A stretch of DNA of 63,714 bases, the filler included, from Neoconidiobolus thromboides FSU 785 (Eukaryota > Fungi > Entomophthoromycota), in NCBI GenBank assembly GCA_025603075.1. It is 4 parts of 4 records of this genome, joined end to end, with 100 filler letters (N's around TTAATTAATTAA, not from the genome) between each part and the next. Parts side by side here need not be neighbours in the genome. Positions count along the whole stretch, not along the records: positions 20,906 to 44,323 come from MU626527.1; 3 more parts are not named here. One strand, given 5' to 3'. Below are positions 22,930-33,682 of the stretch, piece after piece. Made by a program: the position numbers and the translations under genes. The notes beneath the pieces were generated by a model that worked only from the letters and a program-made list of their open reading frames with translations, was not told where the DNA came from and did not search any database. Position 1 is the stretch's first letter, and each line of letters opens with the position of its first letter.

Positions 22930-23961
22930 ATTGGTTCTACCTAAGGATTGATGTTTTTATGGCTTTGGTTTATAAAATTATGAACTCAACACAAACACTA
23001 TCAAAATGTTTTTTTTTATATTTACAGCCTTTAGAAATCTTTTACGATATAATTAATTCTTTTAAGATTTTTTTAAAATAAAATTTAGTTAAATATAAAG
23101 TTTAGGCCTTAATAAAACTATCTATATAAATAATTTATAGAAATCGTTGCCAAAAAAAACCCAAAAGTTGCAACAATTATAATTTAGAGTAAATCATATG
23201 AGAATATTTTGTTTTTATATCTTGTAAATTATGCCACACAGAAAATGGACAAAATAGTAAAGCAATAAAAGTATTCCTATATGATTCTTACAAATTTGAC
23301 CTAGACCAAACTATAAAGCTTTATCTACAATTTTCCTCTTGACACGATTGTAAAATAAGCTAGATTTGATTCAATGTTAATTTGATTAACATTGTAAATA
23401 TCTTTAGTTTCATTATCTTATCCATTAAATTACTAAGAAGAATTTTTTTGAATAAAGTTCTAAACAAAAAACAAAAGACTCTATTCTTAAAATAAAAAAT
23501 GCTCAAAGTAAAAAGTGGTAATTGAATAAATAGTTTTGCTTGATGAAGGGTCCAGTTTGAGTTGAAGTTACTCTGTAATGATTTCTAATGCTCAAGTTTA
23601 AGAAACACTCGTTTAATAAAAGGAAATGTTTCTTTGATTTCACTTCATCCCTTTTTATGCAATATCGATATTAGATAATTTGTTAGTAAATACTGAAGTA
23701 AAAAAGGTATCTCCAGCCCTATTCTTATCTAACTAGATCCTATTCTAAGTGATGATAATTTGTTTAAAAAAGCAAAAGTTCTTAGCTACAATATTAGCTT
23801 TTATATTTAAATTTTTTAATACATAGCTCTTATTATTCCAATTACATCAATTATTTTTTGAAAAAGCCTGCTATTTATGGACTGGCCTAATAGAGCTATT
23901 TCTTATACTAAAGTTTACAAGTTCTCTTGCATATATGAACCCACCTAATATAAAAATAAAA

Positions 23962-25186
23962 ATGACATTGCTTAATGACAATGATAATTCACAACCCTCT
24001 GGTAATAGTATTCAACATGGATTTCAATTAGATTCTAAATTGATTCATTTAAACAATAGTACCTTTGGCACAGCTCCTAAGAGCGTAGAGGAAGTCGAAT
24101 TAGCTGGTTAGATGAAATAGAGTCGAATTCCGATTTAATGATATATAACATATTTCATTCGCTTTTAGAGAAGTCTTTAGGAGAGATAGCAAATATGGTC
24201 GATACAAATCCACAGAGTATTCTGTTTATAAATAATCCCACTCAAAGCGCTAATACCATTTTAAGAAGTTTAAATTTAGCCGAGAAAGATACTTTGTTTT
24301 ATTTAAATATTGGTCATAGTTCAGTGAATGTACTAGTTTAATTTTTGAAAGAGAAGCAAGGAGCTAACTTGATTGAATTTAGACACAAATCTGTTAGTGA
24401 TAAAAGTTAATTGAGTCAGTGAAACAAGCTATTAAAGAAGTAGAATCAAAATCTATTAAAATAATAGTAGCTGTTTTGGATAAAATTATATGTTCGTCTG
24501 GATTTATACTACTTTATGAAGAGTTTGCTGCTATATTTGAATAGCACGGTACCAAAGTAGTAGTTGATGGAGTATATGCTCTTGGACAAATTATACTTAA
24601 TTCATCAAAAAACAAAGTTAATCTTTTTACGACTATATTATATGAATGGGGCTACGCTTATCGTTCTACCTCTGTATTGTACGTTAGAAAAGAGTATCAG
24701 TCCATTATTCATCCCACAGTTATTGCAGTTGGTTATGGGTCAAATAATTTTCAAACTACTTTTCAGTGGCCAGGTACTATTGATTTTTCATGTTGGTTAG
24801 CAACAGATGCTTCTTTAGATTTTATCGAGAAATATGGACAGGATAATATTATCAACTATATTCATAATTTGGCATGGGAAGGAGGCCAACGAGTAGCTAA
24901 ATTAATTGGGGGTAAAGTTTTAGGCGAGGAACACCAAAGTGGAAATATGGTTAATATCGAGTTGCCATTTAATTTGGATAATGATAAAGATTATGGCGCT
25001 TTATTTGCAAACTATATTTGGGAGAAATATCACTATCGTATCAAATGCTTCTACTATGAAAATCAATGGTATCTTCGATTATCTGGCCAATTGTTTTTAA
25101 CTTTGGAACACTTTGAAAGTTTTGGGAAATTGGCACCTAACGCTATTACTGAATTTAAAAAATCTTTAAACCCTACCCATTTGTAA
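23962..25186 (+). pseudogene. Inverted duplicate of the Egt2-like lyase; 5' part disrupted, 3' part intact and near-identical to the minus copy
   Basis: MTLLNDNDNSQPSGNSIQHGFQLDSKLIHLNNSTFGTAPKSV, then a frameshift (~24090) and several stops. The catalytic HKW reads YEW. From 24645 the sequence differs from 20906-21215 at only 2 of 310 nt. Confidence 0.85.
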
Positions 25187-25604
25187 TTTGATTTGTATAA
25201 TTAAATAACTCTTTAAAATTGTATATTTATATGTTTATTTATAATTTCATTTAATGATTTCACTTTTTTGTTTTATTTTATATCAAATATTTTTTTAGTA
25301 TCAACTTTATAAATGTTGAATTATTAAATTTAATATATTAAATTCTCAATTTAAATGCTAATTCACCAATTTATCTATTTGATTGGCGGATGGTTCAACA
25401 CTATGAAATAGTAATTGAATATGGTATGTGCAAAATAATTAAGATAGAACATAAGCTATAAATGTAAGTTCTAATAATAAGTGAAGTAGTAAAATAAAGT
25501 AAAAACATTTATAATTAATAAACTCGATTAATTAAAGTTTTAATCTTGCTGTTTCTTACTTCTTTATTTTTTAAAACAGTTCCGGGCGAACTTTACCTCT
25601 CATT

Positions 25605-27014
25605 ATGTTTCCAACTCACTTGATCTTAGGGCTCTATTTTATTTTGTTAGTTAGCTCTCAATCTTTAGATATCTCATCAATTAGCTCTGGAAGCTGTATA
25701 AAGAACAATGATAAAATTATTTATTTAGGTGGAGTAAAAGGCCAAGTTAATAAGAACCAAGATAATCAAAATAATGATAAAATATTGACATTAGACTTAA
25801 CTAAGCAATTCAATGTATCATCTGTACCATGGCAGTCACTAGCAAGTTCGAATAACTTCCCAAAAAGAGTATATTCAAAATCTATTTTTATGTCCAACTC
25901 AGATACAATTATCAACTTTGGTGGTTCTAACTCTCAGCCTTTATATCAAACATTTGATTTAAAAGCATTGAAATGGTCATCAAATAAAGAAGCATCTAAA
26001 CAATTTTTAGATATTATGAAAAAAGGAAAAAGGAGCTCTCCGGAAGATACCTTCGGTTTTACCTTATTACAAAATGATCAAAATCCAGATGAGTTTATCT
26101 ATTATGGCTCAGCAGCTGCAAAAGTACCAAAGAAAGAAATTTTTACTGCAAAGATATTAATTTATAATATAAAATCAGAAAAATGGAGCGAAATATATAG
26201 CGATAATACACCTGCTTTGGATCACATTTCTATAGTTTATGGTGGAAAATTATATTCTTTCTTTGGTACGGATACGAGAACCTTAAAAAATAATGAAGAA
26301 GTAAGAATCTTTGATTTAAAAAGTAAAAAAATGACAGTATCAAAGACTTCAAGTCCGCCACCAAAAGTAGAAAAATACTCCTATACTAAAGTCAATGATC
26401 AACTTTATGTTATACCACATACAAAAGAAATGAATTCCAATATATACATTTTAAATTTAAAAGACAAGGATCTTAAATGGTCAAAACAAACTATATCTAA
26501 TTTTAAATCAAATCAACAGGGGTGCTTTGTTGATTATTATGGCTACTTACTTTTCTTTTCTGGAGAAACTGATAACTCAATTTCAAGTGCTCAAATAATC
26601 AATCCTCAAACCTGGAAATTAATGGATGCTCTGTCTATCTCCAGTGATAGATCTAATAATAATGAAAATCCACATGACTCAAGTATATCAAATAGTACCG
26701 AAGAAAACAGGAGTAATTTAGGGGCTATCGTAGGAGGAATCGTAGGAGGGATAATGTTTTTAGTATTAGCTGGGTTAGGGATTTACTTTTTTATTTATAG
26801 AAAGAAGTCAATGGAACATAATGAATCGATGGACTCTGATCGCCAATTAATTCAAGAACCAAAAATTGTACCTTTACCAGAATCGTTTGATAATAGTGTA
26901 TTAAATTGTAGTTATTCGACTATAGCTACCTTTTCAACGCATACTGAGCATCCATTTAAAACAGCTGATAGCTCCCCATTACCCGCTGCTTATCTTGCTC
27001 AAAATATCAACTAA
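25605..27014 (+). CDS. Secreted-type kelch/galactose-oxidase-like beta-propeller protein with a single TM helix and cytoplasmic tail; intronless
   Basis: Signal peptide; kelch-like blades (IIYLGG, IINFGG, FIYYGS, GGKLYSFFG, LLFFSG, each followed by a W-ending strand); S/N linker; TM LGAIVGGIVGGIMFLVLAGLGIYFFIY-RKK. Confidence 0.8.
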   Translation: MFPTHLILGLYFILLVSSQSLDISSISSGSCIKNNDKIIYLGGVKGQVNKNQDNQNNDKILTLDLTKQFNVSSVPWQSLASSNNFPKRVYSKSIFMSNSDTIINFGGSNSQPLYQTFDLKALKWSSNKEASKQFLDIMKKGKRSSPEDTFGFTLLQNDQNPDEFIYYGSAAAKVPKKEIFTAKILIYNIKSEKWSEIYSDNTPALDHISIVYGGKLYSFFGTDTRTLKNNEEVRIFDLKSKKMTVSKTSSPPPKVEKYSYTKVNDQLYVIPHTKEMNSNIYILNLKDKDLKWSKQTISNFKSNQQGCFVDYYGYLLFFSGETDNSISSAQIINPQTWKLMDALSISSDRSNNNENPHDSSISNSTEENRSNLGAIVGGIVGGIMFLVLAGLGIYFFIYRKKSMEHNESMDSDRQLIQEPKIVPLPESFDNSVLNCSYSTIATFSTHTEHPFKTADSSPLPAAYLAQNIN

Positions 27015-27520
27015 AATTTTAGTGCTGATTTTTGAACCTTAAGTTAAATAAATTTTAATATAAATTTTAATTGATTGTTAAAAATATACCCCCTAGAACA
27101 TCTTAAATGTAATAATGTTTTAATTGTATTTGTTAGTGTTTAATAGTAATTCTGTAAAATGGTTTAAATATATTGCAATAATATAAAATCACCTCAACTG
27201 TGAATTATAGTGTTAGAAATTATTAACTTTAATCCGCTTTATTTTATAAATTAAATATTAATACTAATACTAATACTAATTAATTAATTTAGAAAAGTTG
27301 AAGTAAAATTATTCTTAGAAAAATAATTTCTATTAAGTTTATAATTTACAACGATAAAATTACATTTATAATGATATATTCTTTACATAAATATAAAACT
27401 TTTAAATTAATCAATTAATCTATATCAATAACAATCCTTATTTGATTTAATACTAATAATTGTACGTTTTATTTAAATTTATTACAAAGATAATTCTTAT
27501 TTACTCAATAAAGAATAAAC

Positions 27521-28225
27521 CTAATGACAAGAAGATTGAGGACCCGAATGATTTTCTGGATTGACTTTAGTATCAAAATCAGTAGATTGATTTCTAACGA
27601 TACCTCCACTACCTAAAGAATGACGGGGGGATGACAAACCTTCATGTTCTGGGTCAAATTTACTCTCAATTGAACCCTTAGAACGGAAACGAGAGAATAA
27701 AAACACTCCAACTGCATGACCTGCAACCACTGAAAAGAACAAACCAACATTATAGATCATAGTTACCAACATTAAAAAGTAAGCTAAGGTAGACTCAACA
27801 AAACGAAGTAAAGATAGGATTACTGCTTTACCCCAAGTGATTACACTCGACATTTCAAAAAACATAAACTTATTTTTTGAAATCAAGGTTTCTTCGGTAT
27901 TACCTTGAACTCCAAAAGAGTTTGCGGTGATATCGGCGGCTTCAGCTTCTTGAATCCATTTGGCTTGAAGGTTAGAACCAAACACCAAAAAGCCTTCTAA
28001 TAAAATACCTAAAAAGAAAAAGAGAAGCCAAGCACCTGAATAACTACCATATGTTTTTGGTACCCAAGATTGAAACATCATATAATCATTGATACCACCA
28101 TGAAAATACATCTTCATACTTGGTGCTGAATTGGAATCGGAACTACTGTCATGATCATGTGCTAGTGCAGTAGTACAAAGCAAAGCTACTGTAAATACGA
28201 ATAAATTGCAAATTTTAGATAACAT
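27521..28225 (-). CDS. Ctr-family copper transporter; intronless
   Basis: MKMYFH, YSGAWLLFFFLGILLE, TM2 YFLMLVTMIYN (MxxxM) and TM3 GHAVG (GxxxG); C-terminal SCH. Confidence 0.92.
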   Translation of the reverse strand: MLSKICNLFVFTVALLCTTALAHDHDSSSDSNSAPSMKMYFHGGINDYMMFQSWVPKTYGSYSGAWLLFFFLGILLEGFLVFGSNLQAKWIQEAEAADITANSFGVQGNTEETLISKNKFMFFEMSSVITWGKAVILSLLRFVESTLAYFLMLVTMIYNVGLFFSVVAGHAVGVFLFSRFRSKGSIESKFDPEHEGLSSPRHSLGSGGIVRNQSTDFDTKVNPENHSGPQSSCH

Positions 28226-28969
28226 TGGAATTGAATTTAAAAAAGTTAAAAGATAAAGCTTCTAGAAAGTTATTAAAGGGGTTTTTAGGTTCTATCTGCC
28301 TTCCAAATATAGTAGCCTTCTAGAACGTTTCGCTTCTAAGGAAGAAAGTTGGTTTCTATTGTTAAATTTTGATTTGCTAGAATTTAAACCCTTTGTGTTT
28401 TGGCTAGATTTATTGGAAGCTGTGGTCCTATCAAATTGCTTGCTTATTCAGTGATTTTAATAATATTCTTTAATAGAGTATTTTGTAATTATTTTAATTA
28501 ATGTATCAGATAAACATAATAAAAATATATTATTATCTAAGACCAAAAGCTTATTATTATATTAAAGCTCTACTTCTGACTTATATAAACAAAGTATCAA
28601 GTCAATGTAAATAAACTAAATTTCCTAAAATTTCCTACTTGAACTATGTAGTAATAAGCTGCGAATTGATTACATTGACATTAATACCTAGAATAGATAT
28701 GGTTATATAAATTTTATTAATCATGGGTATAAATATAGCAGGTAATGTAATAACTTCAACATAAAGATTAAAATAATGAAAATATAAAGACTAAAATGAC
28801 AAAATAAAGTAATTTATCAACCTGATAAAACTATATAATTTCAAGTCAATATAAAGAGCCAATAAAAAAGCTTAAAATCAATTTAAGTTTGGGCTAATTG
28901 GGCAATATTATTAAATCAATATCCCATTACTCATCCACATTAAATCAAACAGTAAAGCTATACGGTAAA

Positions 28970-28982
28970 TTCCTTTCCTCTT
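28970..28982 (+). promoter_or_regulatory. Polypyrimidine (TCT/TOP-like) tract upstream of RPL20
   Basis: ttcctttcctctt lies ~31 nt before the ATG at 29014. Confidence 0.3.
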
Positions 28983-29013
28983 GGTACCATAAGGTTATAT
29001 AAAATCAACTGAA

Positions 29014-29941
29014 ATGGGTAAAGTAAGTAAGAAATACAAATTTTACAAGAGATTATAAAGGATAATGACAATAACAGAAAAGTAAAATGACCAAAAAGGA
29101 TAAAAAAACAAGAAATATAGAAATCCAATTAAAAAAATAAAAAATACATCCATCTAAATATCCAACAAAAAGCAGTAGAAAATATTATACATGAAAGAAA
29201 CAAATCGAGCTATTATAAAAACGATAAAATTAATAAACAAAAAATATTAAAAAGATGTCATATTAGCTTAACGAATATCAAGTCATTGGACGTAAGCTTC
29301 CTACTGAAAAGGAATCTTCCCCAAAGATTTTCCGTATGCGTCTTTTCTGTCCTAATGAAACTGTTGCCAAATCTCGTTATTGGTATTTCATGAAAAAGGT
29401 TTCTAAAGTAAAGAAAGCTTCTGGAGAAATTCTTTCCGTTAACAAGGTAACTAAAATGATGCCTAATGTTTAAGATTATATATTTATTTTTATAAAGATT
29501 CACGAAGCCAAACCTCTTAAAGTTAAGAACTATGGTATTTGGTTACGTTATGACTCTCGTTCCGGTACCCACAATATGTACAAAGAATATCGTGAAATGT
29601 CACGTGCCGAAGCTGTTGAAGCTTGCTGTAAGAGAATTGTCTAATTTTAATTGTAATAAGTACTTATAAAAATATATAGATCTTGATTTAGCTGCTCGTC
29701 ACCGTGCTCGTTTTAGATCAGTACAAATCATCCGTGTAGCTGAAATTGCTGCTAAAGATGTTAAACGTGCTTATATTCAACAACTTTTGGTATATCTTTA
29801 TAACAATAATCAAATTTTTATATCTAACTTTTTTTTTAGAAACCAAAGCTTACTTTCCCTCTTCCTCACCGTGTCCTCAAACCAGCTCACAAGAAGCACC
29901 GTGCTCTCTTCCTTGCCAAACGTCCTTCTACTTTCTGTTAA
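29014..29941 (+). CDS. RPL20: 60S ribosomal protein L20 (eL20/L18a), 5 exons, first exon 9 nt, first intron 244 nt
   Basis: MGK|[42 protein letters not shown]...|[32 protein letters not shown]...|[16 protein letters not shown]...|[12 protein letters not shown]...RPSTFC*. Confidence 0.96.
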
Positions 29942-30254
29942 AAACTTTTAGTTTTAGGCTATGTTGAGGAAGTTTAAAAATAAACTAATTTAAAAATAAT
30001 GGATATTAAAATAGGGTAATTGGAATTAAAGTAAAATATTTTATTAGAAACTATACATATAATAATTTTAGGTCTTTATTTTTATTAATATATATAATAT
30101 AAGATATTTCAGATAGAGCTTAAAATGGATAAGTTTGTATAGTAAAATAGTAGGAGTAAAAGTATAATAGTTAATAAGGAGGACTGTTTTGAAGTATTGA
30201 AGAATCTAGGAGCTATATTCTATTTTTATCCCCTCATAATCTTGAATAGTTTAT

Positions 30255-30362
30255 TATAGGGGGATATATTTTTATGTTTAGGGATTTTATTAACAATTTT
30301 CTCACTTAAGTAGCACTTAAAAAACGGAAAAGTGATGAAGCCAAAAAAAGACATCTCCATAT
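30255..30362 (+). mobile_element. ~105-bp MITE family copy
   Basis: tatagggggatatattttt...gcacttaaaaaacggaaaagtgatgaagccaaaaaaagacatctccatat. Confidence 0.85.
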
Positions 30363-30863
30363 GCTTTAATACCCTCCTATGTTAGAAGTTTTTAAATAGA
30401 GATATATTGCAGTTCAGCCATAATTTTTCTATTTAATAAATTAGACTTTTGATAATACATATATATATCATCCTTTATTTTCTTCATGATTTTTGATTTA
30501 TATGATCGAAAGATCTATTTTTTATACTCAAATATTAAAGTCATATTTAATAGGAAGTAATAAAATAACTTCTAATAAAGTAGGGCCTGAAATACTATCC
30601 CCATTGCTTATCTTTTCTCTCACTTAATATACATTTAATATCTATTAATGAAGTACTTATGAGTAAGTAATAACTTTTGAAAAATACAAAAAAAATATTT
30701 AAAATAAAATGAACCTATTTAAAATAATTATTTAAATATTATATTGTTACTTTATGAATTCATCCATTCCCCTTTTATTTCATAATTAAATAAAACCGTT
30801 AATTCAATTACTATTAAAACCTTAAAAATAAATTAAAAAACAATATCAGTATACGATTTATAA

Positions 30864-31361
30864 TTAACTAGAAACATTATTAGGTACTGCTAATACATAA
30901 TAATAATCCAATTCACTGACTGCTTTTTCTTTATAAGCATAAGTATACATCAGCCCATTAGGAAAGTGTTCACCTACTTTACCTATGACAACCCCACTTC
31001 CCACTTGCGTTTTCCCTACATAAAGTTCTTTACCGTCCGCTTCATAACCCACTTCAAGAGGTGACCAACCACGTAATTGAATTCTACCTGTACATTGTCT
31101 CCAATACAACAAACTTTCATCCCCCACTAAAATTTCATAATCGAATAAAAAATGTTCTTTTCCTCCATAAGCAATCGAGGCTCCTCGAATATGTGGGCCT
31201 GCTTTTCCAGGTACTAAAGAACCATTAAACATAGCTCGAGCTACAAATAAAGGTTTTCCATCACCTTCTTGACCACCTTGGACCGCATTTGGCGGTATTG
31301 AACCACTCTTTGCTTTAACCCATTCAAATTGGGGATGTGATCGACCAGCTCTTTCGCTCAT
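30864..31361 (-). CDS. DM9-repeat (DUF3421) protein, two repeats; intronless, no signal peptide
   Basis: WVKAKSGSIPPNAVQGGQEGDGKPLFVARA...LVPGK...IAYGGKEH...YEILV, then a second repeat W...PLEVGYEADGKELYVGK...VIGKV...YAYKEKAV...YYVL. Confidence 0.88.
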   Translation of the reverse strand: MSERAGRSHPQFEWVKAKSGSIPPNAVQGGQEGDGKPLFVARAMFNGSLVPGKAGPHIRGASIAYGGKEHFLFDYEILVGDESLLYWRQCTGRIQLRGWSPLEVGYEADGKELYVGKTQVGSGVVIGKVGEHFPNGLMYTYAYKEKAVSELDYYYVLAVPNNVSS

Positions 31362-31868
31362 TATTTAAAGTGATATTGAATTTTGTATGTTAAAAGAGTA
31401 ATATTCTTAGTTAAATAGCTAAAATAAAATTTTAAAATGAGCTTTGGTTGATGTAACATGATGAAATTTATTAAGATTTGAAATTAAGATTGATTGGTTA
31501 AAGATAAAAGTAAAGTTTTGTGAAGATAGTCAGTTTTTTATTAGTGTCATATAGTGGGATAGGAAATAAGTTGTTTATAAATTTGATTGCTTTTAATTAT
31601 TATAAAAATAAATGAAATAAGATATATCAATGATACTAGATTCTATGTTTTTTTGAATGTAGTTATCACAATATAAATTTCTAAACTAAGACAATTTTTA
31701 AACTTATTTTAAATCCAAAAGTTTATAGAATAATCAATGTCTTTAAAAAATTTAAAATTGGCAAATAATAAATTAAAATTTGTATAATTAATCTAATAAC
31801 TAACATTCAGGTACCTGATTAATATATAGAAGATCAACAATAATATCAAAAACTTAATTTATAGTATA

Positions 31869-31894
31869 ATATGGGGATGTCTTTTTGTATTTAA
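31869..31894 (+). mobile_element. 5' fragment of the MITE family, followed by (TAATATCT)x3 and (TTTTTTA)n microsatellites
   Basis: atatggggatgtctttttgtatttaa. Confidence 0.65.
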
Positions 31895-32211
31895 TATCTT
31901 AATATCTTAATATCTATTTATTTTTTTATTTTTTTATTTTTTTATTCAAAAAATAAAGAAACAAAAAAATAAGGCTATTTAGTATAGTACTTTTTTATTT
32001 AAAATGATATGACTTATTTTAATATAATAAAATATTATATATTATAATATTGATTTTCTTTTCATATTGTTCAAAAAAGCATTGATTAAAACGTATTTTA
32101 ATTGGATACATAAAAAGCCAATCAAACTCGTCAAAACATTCATTGAAAGTAAGAGAAGCAAAATAAGTACAAAGCAAGATTCTAATCTTTATAATATAAC
32201 TATATAAAAGA

Positions 32212-33023
32212 ATGGCTAACCCAAAAGATTCATTTTATCTAAGATATTAGTAAATTTTAATGACAATAAATTCTATCTTAATTATTAATAAAATATTTTA
32301 GTACTGGCCATACCAACAATAAAAGTGGTCATGAATTTTTAGAGTTTGAAATCAAGGGAGATGGTAGATGTCGATATGCTAATAATTCAAATTATAGAAA
32401 TGATTCATTGATTAGAAAGGAATGTAAGTTTAACTTTGGGCTTTTAAGATCTAATTATGAAGATGTTCAAATTTGGAATTGATTATTAATATTGGTTTCT
32501 ATAGTTTCTATAAGTCCAATAGTCATTGAAGAAATCAAAAAAATTATTCAAGATAGTGAAGTTTTTGAGTAAGTATTTTATTTAATAATAATGGAATTAA
32601 TAAATAAAGATGCTAATATATTATTATTTTTTAAACTAAATAGTTGTGACGATGAAAATTGGCCTGAAAAAGATAATGAAGGTCGTCAAGAATTAGAAAT
32701 TAAAATTGGAGAACATCACATTGCTTTTGAGGTAATTATTAAAGGATTTAAATCAAAAGAGATAAATCAAAATTGAAATTTGGAATTGAAAATAATTATT
32801 AATATGTTAATTTATATCTTATTTTCCTAGACATCCAAATTGTTTTCGTTATCTCAAGTAACATCAAGTAAAGATCCGGCTGGTTTAGAGAAATTTTATT
32901 TTTTAGTACAAGATTTAAAATGCTTAATTATCTCCCTTATTTCATTGCATTTTAAAGTAAGTAATTATATCTATGTTTAATACGAGGAATTAATGTGATT
33001 TTTTTTAGATAAAACCTATCTAA
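32212..33023 (+). CDS. MAGOH: Mago nashi (exon-junction complex), 6 exons
   Basis: FYLRY|YTGH...[32 protein letters not shown]|...|[29 protein letters not shown]|TSKLFSL...[30 protein letters not shown]|IKPI*. Confidence 0.96.
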
Positions 33024-33682
33024 GTATATATATTATAAAATATTAAGGACCAGTTATTAATAATAATAAAATTTTAAAGTTGAGAAATGTTTATCTTTGT
33101 TTTGGAGTTTATTTTTATTGTTTATTCGATTTATTATATTCATTAATTTGATATTTTATAATGGGTATAATTATCATTTTATTATTTTATAATAAATTAA
33201 ATTTAATGAAATATAAAGTTTATTAATCTTAGTTGAAATTAAAATTTGATAGATTGTATAAAAATATATTTTTACATCTATTATAATAACATTAATATGA
33301 ACTATTATTATAAATATTATTATTTTATTAATTATTCCTTATTCTCTATATCATAATAGCAAATAAGTCAACTAGTATAAATATGTTAAAAGATTATTAT
33401 TAAATAAATTGTTTATAGAGAATATGTGCCAAAGATAATGTTTATTTAACCTTGGCTAAACTTTTAATTATATTTTTCAATTATAATCAAGTATAATATC
33501 ATTTTAGAGTTGAGTTCCCTATTAAAAAATTAAAGTGAGAGGACCAAAAGAAAGATATTAGCAGTTGTCCAATTTAGACCCGAATATTACAGAATTAAAA
33601 AAAATGCAAACCTTAAAATATTAAATAATCTCACTTTTTTCTTATTTGATTTATTTTGTAACTTTTTATAAGTAAACAGGGA

